NCBI GenBank assembly: GCA_963770895.1
Contig: CAVYRF010000002.1
Coordinates: forward strand, 2,656,001 to 2,720,000
DNA from: an uncultured Acidobacteriota bacterium
GTDB taxonomy: Bacteria > Acidobacteriota > Thermoanaerobaculia > Multivoradales > UBA5704
Reading direction: 5' to 3'
DNA length: 64,000 bases
Part shown: positions 55,308 through 64,000 of the stretch, in pieces
Layout of the letters: each line of letters begins with the position of its first letter
How positions within the stretch are numbered: the stretch's first letter is position 1
The notes under the pieces: model-generated
Databases searched by the model: none
What the model was told of the DNA's origin: nothing
The model's input: only the letters and a program-made list of their open reading frames with translations
Position numbers and translations under genes: made by a program

Positions 55308-56042
55308 ATGAATCCCATGAAGAGTGCATTGCTGGGGGGAGTGCTGTTGCTGGCGTCGGTTGCCGCGGGGGGCGCCGCGGTGCAGCAGACCGCCTGCCCC
55401 GTGCCGCAGTCTCCCCGCAACATGCAAGGCCCCTACGACGGCGCCTCCACCCAATCGATCGTGACGGGCATCAGCCCCACACAGGACGAGCTGCACTACA
55501 GGGCGCGCCAGCCGGGCGCACCGGACCTGACCCTGTACCGCTGCGGCCAGCACTACCACGTGCCGGTCGAGGACGTGCAGGGCTGCCGTGGCGAGGCCGA
55601 CGTGACCTCGCTGCCTGCGTCAGCGGCGCCCTGGGTGCCTTCGCCCGACCAGTGGATCGAGGTCCACACCGCCTACTCGTCCGTAAAACCCCCCGTCCCC
55701 TGTCCCGACCCCGAGAGCCTCAACTGCTGCGATGGCACGGTCCTGGTTCTCGGTTTCAGCGCCAAGGTCAGCGCGATGCCGGGCGGCAGCCAGCCGATCC
55801 TCACTCCGCCGGCGCACCAATACGTCGAATGGTCGGGTTCGAACACCGGTACCGACAAGGTGCGGCCCACCGACTGCAAACCCACCGCGGCAGCCTGGAG
55901 CTTCCGGCTGGGCTGCAATTTCACGGTCGGAACGAACCAGTTGGGCGCCAACCTCCCCGGCGGCCCGCAGGGAGCCCGGCCGCTCCAGGCGGGCGCCCGC
56001 GTGAGCAACGACCTGACCCTGGTGACGCCGGCCAAGCACTGA
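55308..56042 (+). CDS. Secreted carbonic anhydrase-like protein (alpha/delta fold)
   Basis: AAGGAGG RBS, signal peptide, QSPRN, CGQHYHVPVE, IEVH, WSGSNTG, ARPLQ. Confidence 0.65.
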   Translation: MNPMKSALLGGVLLLASVAAGGAAVQQTACPVPQSPRNMQGPYDGASTQSIVTGISPTQDELHYRARQPGAPDLTLYRCGQHYHVPVEDVQGCRGEADVTSLPASAAPWVPSPDQWIEVHTAYSSVKPPVPCPDPESLNCCDGTVLVLGFSAKVSAMPGGSQPILTPPAHQYVEWSGSNTGTDKVRPTDCKPTAAAWSFRLGCNFTVGTNQLGANLPGGPQGARPLQAGARVSNDLTLVTPAKH

Positions 56043-56115
56043 GCGGCAAGCGTGGGTGGCGAAGCGCGCCTGCCCCGCCTGCCCTGTCCGGGCGGAGTGC
56101 GGCGGGGCGGGCTGG

Positions 56116-57501
56116 TCAGCCTTCGTTGTCGTTGGATTTGAGGCCGGCCTTCTTGGCGTAGTAGCGGAAGCTGCGGAAGCTCATGTGCAGCAGCTCGGCG
56201 GCCTGGGTCTGGACGCCGCCGGTGCGCTCCAGGGCCTGGGCCATCAGCTGACTGCGGATCTCTTCGAGGTGGGCTTCCAGGTCCAGACCGTCTTCGGGCA
56301 GATTGACCATCTCCTGCTGCGAGCGGCGGTTTCCCAGCAGCTGCGCCGGCAGGTCGCGGGTCGAGATGGTGTCGGCGTGCGACAGTGCCAGCGACCGTTC
56401 GATCACGTTTTCCAGCTCGCGTACGTTGCCGGGCCAGTCGTGCGCTTCGAGCAGGCGCATGGCCTCGGTCGAGATCTGGCGCGGCGGCAGGTCCATCTGG
56501 CGGCAGTACTTCTGCAGGAAGAAATCCACCAGCAGCGGGATGTCTTCGCGCCGCTGGCGCAGCGGCGGCAGGTGGATCGGCAGGACGTTGATGCGGTAGT
56601 AGAGGTCCTCGCGAAACTCGCCGGAAGCCAGGCGGCTTTCCAGGTCCTGGTTGGTGGCGGTGATGACGCGCACGTCCACCAGCTCTTCCTGGTTGCCGCC
56701 CACCTTGCGCACCACCTTCTGCTGCAGCGCCCGCAGCAGCTTGACCTGCATCGAGGGCGTCATCTCGCCGATCTCGTCCAGGAACAGGGTGCCGTGGTCG
56801 GCCTCCTGGAACAGCCCCTTCTTTTCGCGCACGGCGCCGGTGAAGGCGCCGCGCTCGTGGCCGAACAGCTCGCTTTCCAAAAGGTTTTCGGGCAGGGCGC
56901 CGCAGTTGATGGAGAGGAACCGGCGGCCGGCGCGCGGCGACGAGAAGTGGATGGCGCGCGCGATCAGCTCCTTGCCGGTGCCGCTTTCGCCGTGGACCAG
57001 AACCGTCGAGGTGGTGCGGGCGATGCGTTCGACCAGGGCGAAGATGCTCTGCATGCTGGAGCTCTTGCCGATGATGTTGTTGAACGTGTACTTCTGCTCC
57101 AGCTCGCGCCGCAGGTAGACGTTCTCGTCGGCGAGCTGCGCCCGTTCGATCGCCTTCTGGGTGATGATCTTCAGCTCTTCGACGTCGAACGGCTTGGACA
57201 CGTAGTCGTAGGCGCCCAGCCGCATCGCTTCGATCGCCGTCTTGGTCGAGGTGAAGGCGGTCATCATCACCACCGCCGTCGATGGGCTGCCGGCCTTGAT
57301 CTCGCGCAGCAGATCCAGACCGTTGCCGTCGGGCATCAGGATGTCGCACAGCACCAGCGCGTAGCTGTTGGCGGCGAGCGAGCGCTGCGCTTCGGCCGTC
57401 GAGTGGGCGGTGTCGACCGCGAACCCTTCGGACTCGAAGAGCAGCGACAGAAATTCCAGGATGCTGTCTTCGTCGTCGACGATGAGGAGCTTGGCGGCCA
57501 T
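56116..57501 (-). CDS. pilR: Sigma54-dependent response regulator, PilR-like
   Basis: REC domain, GESGTGKE, GAFTGA, WPGNVRELEN, HTH SFRSFRY. Follows the pilS-like gene. Confidence 0.85.
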   Translation of the reverse strand: MAAKLLIVDDEDSILEFLSLLFESEGFAVDTAHSTAEAQRSLAANSYALVLCDILMPDGNGLDLLREIKAGSPSTAVVMMTAFTSTKTAIEAMRLGAYDYVSKPFDVEELKIITQKAIERAQLADENVYLRRELEQKYTFNNIIGKSSSMQSIFALVERIARTTSTVLVHGESGTGKELIARAIHFSSPRAGRRFLSINCGALPENLLESELFGHERGAFTGAVREKKGLFQEADHGTLFLDEIGEMTPSMQVKLLRALQQKVVRKVGGNQEELVDVRVITATNQDLESRLASGEFREDLYYRINVLPIHLPPLRQRREDIPLLVDFFLQKYCRQMDLPPRQISTEAMRLLEAHDWPGNVRELENVIERSLALSHADTISTRDLPAQLLGNRRSQQEMVNLPEDGLDLEAHLEEIRSQLMAQALERTGGVQTQAAELLHMSFRSFRYYAKKAGLKSNDNEG

Positions 57502-57503
57502 GG

Positions 57504-59375
57504 TCAGCTGAGCGTTTCGGCGGTGACGGCGGCGGCCCGGGTGCGGGCGGCGCCGGGCGGCGGCGCACCGGCGCCCGCGCCGGTGGCGGGCAGCTCCACG
57601 GTGATGGTGGTGCCGCCGCCGGGAGAGCTTTCGACGCGCAGCCGGCCGCGGTGGTCTTCGACGATGCGGTAGACGATCGCCATGCCGATGCCGGTGCCGC
57701 CGTCGAAGAACGAATGAAAGGGATGGAAGAGGTTGGCCCGCTCCGTTTCCGACATGCCGCGGCCGGTGTCGATCACCTGCAGCCGGTAGGTGTCGCCGTC
57801 CAGGCGCCCGACCAGGCGGAAGGTGCCGCCCTCCGGCATCGCCCGCAGGGCGTTGCGCGCCAGGTTCCAGAAGATCTGGCTGACCTGGTCGGGGTCGGCG
57901 ATCAGGCGTGCGGAGCGCGGTTCCAGGTCGAGCTCCAGGCGGTGATTGCTGGAGACCTCTTCGCTGTTGCCGAGCAGCTCCATGTTTTCGGCCAGCAGCC
58001 GGCCGATGTCGAACGGCGCGATGGTGCGCTCGCGCGGCCGGGCGAAGCGCAAAAAGCCCTTGATCGTGCGGTCGAGCCGCTGGCTCTCCTTGCGCAGGAT
58101 CTCGATCAGGCGGCGCTGCGCCACCTCGTCGGGTTTGGTGCTGGAGAGCAGCTGCACCGACCCCGAGATCGCCGCCAGCGGGTTGCCGATTTCATGCGCC
58201 AGGCCGGCGGCCAGCTCGCCGACCGCCGCCATGCGGTCCTTCATGCGCAGCTCCTCCTGCATGCGGCGCCACGCCGTCAGGTCCTGGAAGATCACGATAT
58301 AGCCGCGATGCGCGCCCATGGCGTCGCTCAGGCGCGACACCGAAAAGCCGATGAACACCAGGTCGGTGCCCACCGGCACCTGCACCTCCAGGCGGAGCTT
58401 GCCCGGCGTCGAGCTGGCCGCGGTCATCTCCTCCCAGGCGCCGGTCGAAACCAGGCCGGAACGGTGGATGGGCGAGGCCAGGAGCTGTTCTTCGCTCTGC
58501 CGCAGGATGGCGACGCCGGCCTGGTTGACGCTGGTGATGACGCCTTCCAGGTCGGTGGTCATCAGGCCGCTGCTGATCGATTGGATGACGTCGCGGTGCA
58601 CCACCTGCAGGTAGGCGAGGTGCTCGCTTTTGACTTCCAGCTCGCGCTCGGCGCGGGTGGCGTCGTGGGCCAGAAACGAGGTGAGCAGCGCCATGGCGTA
58701 GAAGCCGAAAAAGTGCACCGCCAGGTTGTAGATCACGTTCCAGCGGGCGATGGCGTCGACCGCGCTCAGCCGCTGGGGCGCCGCGGCCGCCCGCGGCCGG
58801 TTGCCGCGCTCGCCGGCGGCCGGGGGCAGCGGCGAGGCTGCCTGTCCCCGAACCGATGAAGGCGGCGGCCCTGGCGTCGCGTCCACCACGGTGGGCCCCA
58901 CCGCTTCCCCCGTGTCCGCCGTCGGCGCCGTCAGGTCCTGCGGCTGCTGCAGCCAGCCGGCGGCGACCGACAGCGTCATGCCGGCGTACAGCACGAAGGC
59001 GCAGGTGGCGATGGTGACGCCGGCGCGGCGCCGCAGCAGGGTGGACGCCACGGCGATGATGACCAGGTACAGCAGGGTGAAGGGGCTGGAACCGCCGCCC
59101 AGGTGGAACACCATGACGGTGATCAGCAGCAGGTCGCCGCCGAACTGCACGTAGGCATGGGCGGCAAGGTGGTGCCGCAGCAGGCGCAGCAGGGCGATGT
59201 AGACCAGGGTGGCGCCGAAGGTGGCGGCGGCGAGCAGCATGATCCAGCGCGTCGGCTCGGCGGCAAAGGCGCCGGGGCGCGCCAGCTGGAGCAGGAAGAA
59301 GGGCAGCAATACGCTGGTCACCGCCACCACGCGGATGGCGATGTACCAGCGGATATGGCGTGCCAGGGCGACCAT
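57504..59375 (-). CDS. pilS: Sensor histidine kinase, PilS-like
   Basis: TM domain with GGGSSPF, PAS domain, LAHEIGNPL, NLARNA, DTGRG, GTGIGM. Confidence 0.8.
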   Translation of the reverse strand: MVALARHIRWYIAIRVVAVTSVLLPFFLLQLARPGAFAAEPTRWIMLLAAATFGATLVYIALLRLLRHHLAAHAYVQFGGDLLLITVMVFHLGGGSSPFTLLYLVIIAVASTLLRRRAGVTIATCAFVLYAGMTLSVAAGWLQQPQDLTAPTADTGEAVGPTVVDATPGPPPSSVRGQAASPLPPAAGERGNRPRAAAAPQRLSAVDAIARWNVIYNLAVHFFGFYAMALLTSFLAHDATRAERELEVKSEHLAYLQVVHRDVIQSISSGLMTTDLEGVITSVNQAGVAILRQSEEQLLASPIHRSGLVSTGAWEEMTAASSTPGKLRLEVQVPVGTDLVFIGFSVSRLSDAMGAHRGYIVIFQDLTAWRRMQEELRMKDRMAAVGELAAGLAHEIGNPLAAISGSVQLLSSTKPDEVAQRRLIEILRKESQRLDRTIKGFLRFARPRERTIAPFDIGRLLAENMELLGNSEEVSSNHRLELDLEPRSARLIADPDQVSQIFWNLARNALRAMPEGGTFRLVGRLDGDTYRLQVIDTGRGMSETERANLFHPFHSFFDGGTGIGMAIVYRIVEDHRGRLRVESSPGGGTTITVELPATGAGAGAPPPGAARTRAAAVTAETLS

Positions 59376-59440
59376 CGATGAGCGGCGGGGCCGGTGTCCG
59401 GCGCCGGGTGACGTCCGGCGCCGGTGCGGTCCCGCGTTTT

Positions 59441-60652
59441 TTATCCGATCTTCGACAGGACGTCGTAAAGCGGCAGATACATCGCCGTCACGATCGTGCC
59501 GATGATGACGCCCAGGACGCTGATCATCAGCGGCTCGATCAGCTTCATCAGGCCGGCCACCGCGGTGTCGACCTCATCTTCGTAGAAGTCGGCGATCTTG
59601 GAAAGCATCTGGTCCAGGGCGCCGGTCTGCTCGCCGACGTTGATCATCTGGATCACCATCGCCGGGAACACTTTGGTTTCGGCGAGCGGTTCGCTGATCG
59701 TCTTGCCCTCTTCGACGCTCTTGCGCACCACCATGACGGCGTCTTCGATGATGGCGTTGCCGGCGGTCTTGGCGGTGATCTCCAGGCCGTCCAGGATCGG
59801 CACGCCCGAGGAGGTGAGGGTCGCCAGGGTGCGGCAGAACCGTGCCACGGCGATCTTGCGCAACAGCATGCCGATCACCGGGATCTTGAGCAGGAAGCCG
59901 TCGAGGACGCGCCGGCCGCGGTAGGTGTTGTGCCAGCGGCTGATGGCGACGCTGCCGGCGACGATGACGATGGCGATGAAGATGAAGTAGCGGCCGATGA
60001 AGTTGCTGGAGCCGACCACCACGCGGGTGATGAAGGGCAGCTCGCCGCCCAGGCCGGCAAACAGCTGGGCGAACACCGGGATGACCTTCCACAGGATGAT
60101 GAACACCACGAAGGCGGCGATGACGATGACCGCCACCGGATAGATCAAGGCCGACTTGACCTGGCTCTTGAGCTTGACCGCCTTTTCGATGTAGGTCGAC
60201 AGGCGTTGCAGGATCACGTCCAGGATACCGCCGGCTTCGCCGGCCGACACCATGTTGGTGTACAGGTTGTCGAACGCCTTGGGGTGCTTGCGCATCGCGT
60301 CCGCCAGCGACGAGCCGGATTCGACGTCGGTGCGGACGCCCTGGATCACCGCCTGGAAGACGCGGTTCTCTTCCTGCTCGCCGAGGATTTCCAGGCACTG
60401 CACGAGCGGCAGGCCGGCGTCGAGCATGACCGAGAACTGGCGGGTGAAGATGGCGATCCGCTTGCTGCTGATGCCGCGCGGGAAGGGGAGGCGTGGGATC
60501 AGCTTGATCTGGCGCCCCTTCTCGCGGATGGTGGTGACCTGGATCTGCTGGCGTCGCAGCACGGCGATGGCCGCCGCCTGCGAGTCCGCGAGCAGCTGGC
60601 CTTCCTGGACCTGACCGCCGCGTGTACGACCTTTCCAAACGAAGCTGGGCAT
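59441..60652 (-). CDS. pilC: Type IV pilus inner-membrane platform protein
   Basis: FTRQFSVMLDAGLPL, GEAGGILD, SGVPIL, GEQTGALD, LIEP, MYLP. Confidence 0.92.
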   Translation of the reverse strand: MPSFVWKGRTRGGQVQEGQLLADSQAAAIAVLRRQQIQVTTIREKGRQIKLIPRLPFPRGISSKRIAIFTRQFSVMLDAGLPLVQCLEILGEQEENRVFQAVIQGVRTDVESGSSLADAMRKHPKAFDNLYTNMVSAGEAGGILDVILQRLSTYIEKAVKLKSQVKSALIYPVAVIVIAAFVVFIILWKVIPVFAQLFAGLGGELPFITRVVVGSSNFIGRYFIFIAIVIVAGSVAISRWHNTYRGRRVLDGFLLKIPVIGMLLRKIAVARFCRTLATLTSSGVPILDGLEITAKTAGNAIIEDAVMVVRKSVEEGKTISEPLAETKVFPAMVIQMINVGEQTGALDQMLSKIADFYEDEVDTAVAGLMKLIEPLMISVLGVIIGTIVTAMYLPLYDVLSKIG

Positions 60653-60680
60653 CGTGGCGCTCCTTACCTGCAGCCTGACC

Positions 60681-61778
60681 TCAAGCCTGCATCGCCGGAC
60701 CCAGGCTGGCGGGGCCGCGGGCGATGATCTCTTGCAGTTCGTCGGGATACGAAGAGCGGGACATGGCGGTCTCCAGCGAGATCAGGCGGCGGAAGTAGAG
60801 CGCGGCCAGCGACTGGTTGAAGGTCTGCATTCCGTGCTTGGCCTGGCCGGCCTGCATCATGCCGTAGATCTGGTGCACCTTGTCTTCGCGGATGAGGTTG
60901 CGTATGGCGGCGCTGGGCACCAGGATCTCCATGGCCAGCGCCCTGCCCTTGCCGCCGGCGCGCGGCAGCAGCGCCTGGCAGAGGATCCCCTCCAGCACCA
61001 ACGACAGCTGGGCGCGGATCTGCGTCTGCTGGTGGGCGGGGAACACGTCGATGATGCGGTTGATCGATTGCGCCGCCGAGTTGGTGTGCAGGGTGGCGAA
61101 GGTCAGGTGGCCGGTTTCGGCGATGCGCAGGGCCGATTCCACGGTTTCGAGGTCGCGCATCTCGCCGATCAGCACCACGTCGGGGTCCTGGCGCAGCGCC
61201 GACCGCAGCGAGTTGGCGAAGCTGTGGGTATCGGCGTGGATCTCGCGCTGGTTGACGATGCAGCTCTTGTGGGAATGGAGGTATTCGACCGGGTCTTCGA
61301 CCGTGACGATGTGTTCGTGGCGCTCGCGGTTCACCTTGTCCAGCATGGCCGCCAGGGTGGTCGACTTGCCCGAGCCGGTCGGCCCGGTGACCAGCACCAG
61401 GCCGCGCGGCTTTTCGCACATGCGCTCGATGACCGGCGGCAGCCCCAGGTCGCGAAAACCGCGGATCTCGAACGGGATCTGCCGGAACACGGCGGCGATG
61501 GCGCCGCGCTGATGAAAGATGTTGGCGCGAAAGCGGGCCAGCCCCTTGAGGCCGAAGGAGAGGTCGATCTCCAGGTTCTCCTCCAGCCGGTGCTTCTGGT
61601 TGTCGGTGAGGATGGAGTAGGCCAGCTGCTTGGTTTCACTGGGCGTCAGCGGCGGCAGGTTTTGCGGCCGCAGCACCCCGTCGACGCGGATCTGCGGCGG
61701 CGAGTTGGTCGTGATGTGCAGGTCCGACCCCCCCTGCGCCACCATATCCTTCAACATTTGATTAAGCGTCGGAAGCAT
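60681..61778 (-). CDS. pilT: Type IV pilus retraction ATPase
   Basis: GSDLHI, GPTGSGKST, EDPVE, LRQDPDV, GHLTFATLHT, AIRNLIRE, GMQT. Confidence 0.95.
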   Translation of the reverse strand: MLPTLNQMLKDMVAQGGSDLHITTNSPPQIRVDGVLRPQNLPPLTPSETKQLAYSILTDNQKHRLEENLEIDLSFGLKGLARFRANIFHQRGAIAAVFRQIPFEIRGFRDLGLPPVIERMCEKPRGLVLVTGPTGSGKSTTLAAMLDKVNRERHEHIVTVEDPVEYLHSHKSCIVNQREIHADTHSFANSLRSALRQDPDVVLIGEMRDLETVESALRIAETGHLTFATLHTNSAAQSINRIIDVFPAHQQTQIRAQLSLVLEGILCQALLPRAGGKGRALAMEILVPSAAIRNLIREDKVHQIYGMMQAGQAKHGMQTFNQSLAALYFRRLISLETAMSRSSYPDELQEIIARGPASLGPAMQA

Positions 61779-61982
61779 TCAGAACACCTCTCGCCGGCCT
61801 CTGCGGCCAACCCCAAGCCACCCCGGGCCGCCCAGGCCCCGTGGAGTCGATGGCCCCTCAAGTACTGGCCCGGCCGAGTCTTGCGCTGGATCTTACACCA
61901 TCGCCCGGCGGCTAGAAAGCCGCGCGGGAGCGCCGCGGCGCGCTGGACTGGACGGCGCCCGGGGCGCCGCTCCCGCACAGGA

Positions 61983-62011
61983 TTGACAAGCGATCGATAT
62001 TTGATTATATT
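61983..62011 (+). promoter_or_regulatory. Near-consensus sigma70 promoter
   Basis: TTGACA (61983-61988), 17-bp spacer, TATATT (62006-62011). Overlapped by the inverted repeat TGATT-N9-AATCA. Confidence 0.8.
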
Positions 62012-62073
62012 AAACAATCATCGTATAGCCCCGGTGGGCATCCTCCGGCGGCTAACTCAAATGGGAGATACCT

Positions 62074-62328
62074 ATGAGCTTGTCATCGAAGCGGGGGATC
62101 CTTCTGCTCGTCGCCGGCTTCCTGCTGGTGGCTGCGGCCTACGCGCCGCCCGCCCCAGGACATGGACCGCAGGGCGCTCAGCTGCTGACCACCTGTCCGT
62201 CCGTGCACTGCCCCGGCAATGGCGGGACGCTCACCTGCACCACTCCTCCCTGCTCGGTCATCGACAATTGCAGCATGTTTTGTGACCATGTCGTGCTGAG
62301 GTGCGGCGGACATTGCATCTCTGAATAG
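62074..62328 (+). CDS. Secreted Cys-rich mini-protein (8 Cys)
   Basis: GGGAGA RBS, signal peptide ending AYA, 8 Cys in the last 44 aa. Confidence 0.75.
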   Translation: MSLSSKRGILLLVAGFLLVAAAYAPPAPGHGPQGAQLLTTCPSVHCPGNGGTLTCTTPPCSVIDNCSMFCDHVVLRCGGHCISE

Positions 62329-62352
62329 CGGCCTGCGCTGCCGGTTGAGAAC

Positions 62353-62380
62353 GACGGCGCCGGCAGCAGCCGGCGCCGTC
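62353..62380. terminator. Hairpin between two convergent peptide genes, possibly bidirectional terminator
   Basis: Perfect 12-bp stem GACGGCGCCGGC-AGCA-GCCGGCGCCGTC. Confidence 0.6.
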
Positions 62381-62392
62381 CGGGTGTTGCGT

Positions 62393-62545
62393 CTAGCCGA
62401 CGCAGATCTGGGTGCAGTCGCAGGACGCGCCGGTCGCCACGTAGCAGCTCGGGCGCGCCGAGCCGCCGGCTGCCTCGCGGGTCTGGGCGGGGGTGAGCTG
62501 GCGCAGGACTTCCCGGTTGAGCTGCAGCGAAATCTTCTTCTTCAC
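62393..62545 (-). CDS. Lanthipeptide-type precursor peptide (50 aa)
   Basis: GAGGAG RBS then GTG. MKKKISLQLNREVLRQLTPAQTREAAGG-SARPSCYVATGASCDCTQICVG*. LxLNxE leader, double Gly, core with 4 Cys, 3 Ser, 2 Thr. Confidence 0.85.
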   Translation of the reverse strand: MKKKISLQLNREVLRQLTPAQTREAAGGSARPSCYVATGASCDCTQICVG

Positions 62546-62703
62546 GTTGTCTCCTCGGTTCTGGCCGCCTCGCGGTTCCCGGATTGGAACCGCGAAACTG
62601 GCGCAGTGTGTTGTGTGCCTGCCTAACGATGCGCAGATCCGTGGTGGTAGGGGACACGGTGTGGCGGCGAAGCGCCGGCCGCTGAAGACCAGGTTGCCGA
62701 CGA

Positions 62704-64000
<1,297 letters not shown>

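Overview
A very GC-rich bacterial chromosomal window. Gene content (PKD surface protein, futalosine-pathway MqnD, sdhCAB with a cytochrome b558 anchor, pilT-pilC-pilS-pilR, 'LxLNxExL' leader peptides) suggests Acidobacteriota, possibly Thermoanaerobaculia; this is inference. Left to right: (1) 3' end of a PKD surface protein and a translationally coupled glycosylation locus (Wzt, GT2s, a YfhO/GT-C protein, GNAT, a Thr-type sulfatase-fold lipoprotein, a PIG-L-GT2-coiled-coil fusion, GT4). (2) A DUF433/DUF5615 toxin-antitoxin pair and housekeeping genes (nth, NUDIX, yqgE). (3) A TCA cluster (acnA, icd, mdh, sucCD, ndk, sdhCAB; two +1 frameshifts in sdh are probably assembly errors), egtD with a betaine-type ABC importer, pcnB and glnA. 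(4) A mosaic accessory stretch at about 48-56 kb. (5) Type IV pilus genes, then the edge of a RiPP locus. Main candidates for novelty, none called as such in the ORF track: (a) a standalone LanC-fold protein that has lost all three Zn ligands, followed by an unannotated 49-aa Cys-free peptide (53152-53301) whose leader aligns without gaps to a second, Cys/Ser/Thr-rich lanthipeptide-type precursor (62393-62545); (b) a candidate sigma54/IHF-driven ~110-nt small RNA with its own terminator (about 40891-41001). Also notable are an 8-Cys secreted mini-protein with a near-consensus sigma70 promoter and a secreted alpha/delta-type carbonic anhydrase. No rRNA, tRNA, CRISPR array or transposase was recognised. 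All calls come from reading motifs by eye; no database search was run.
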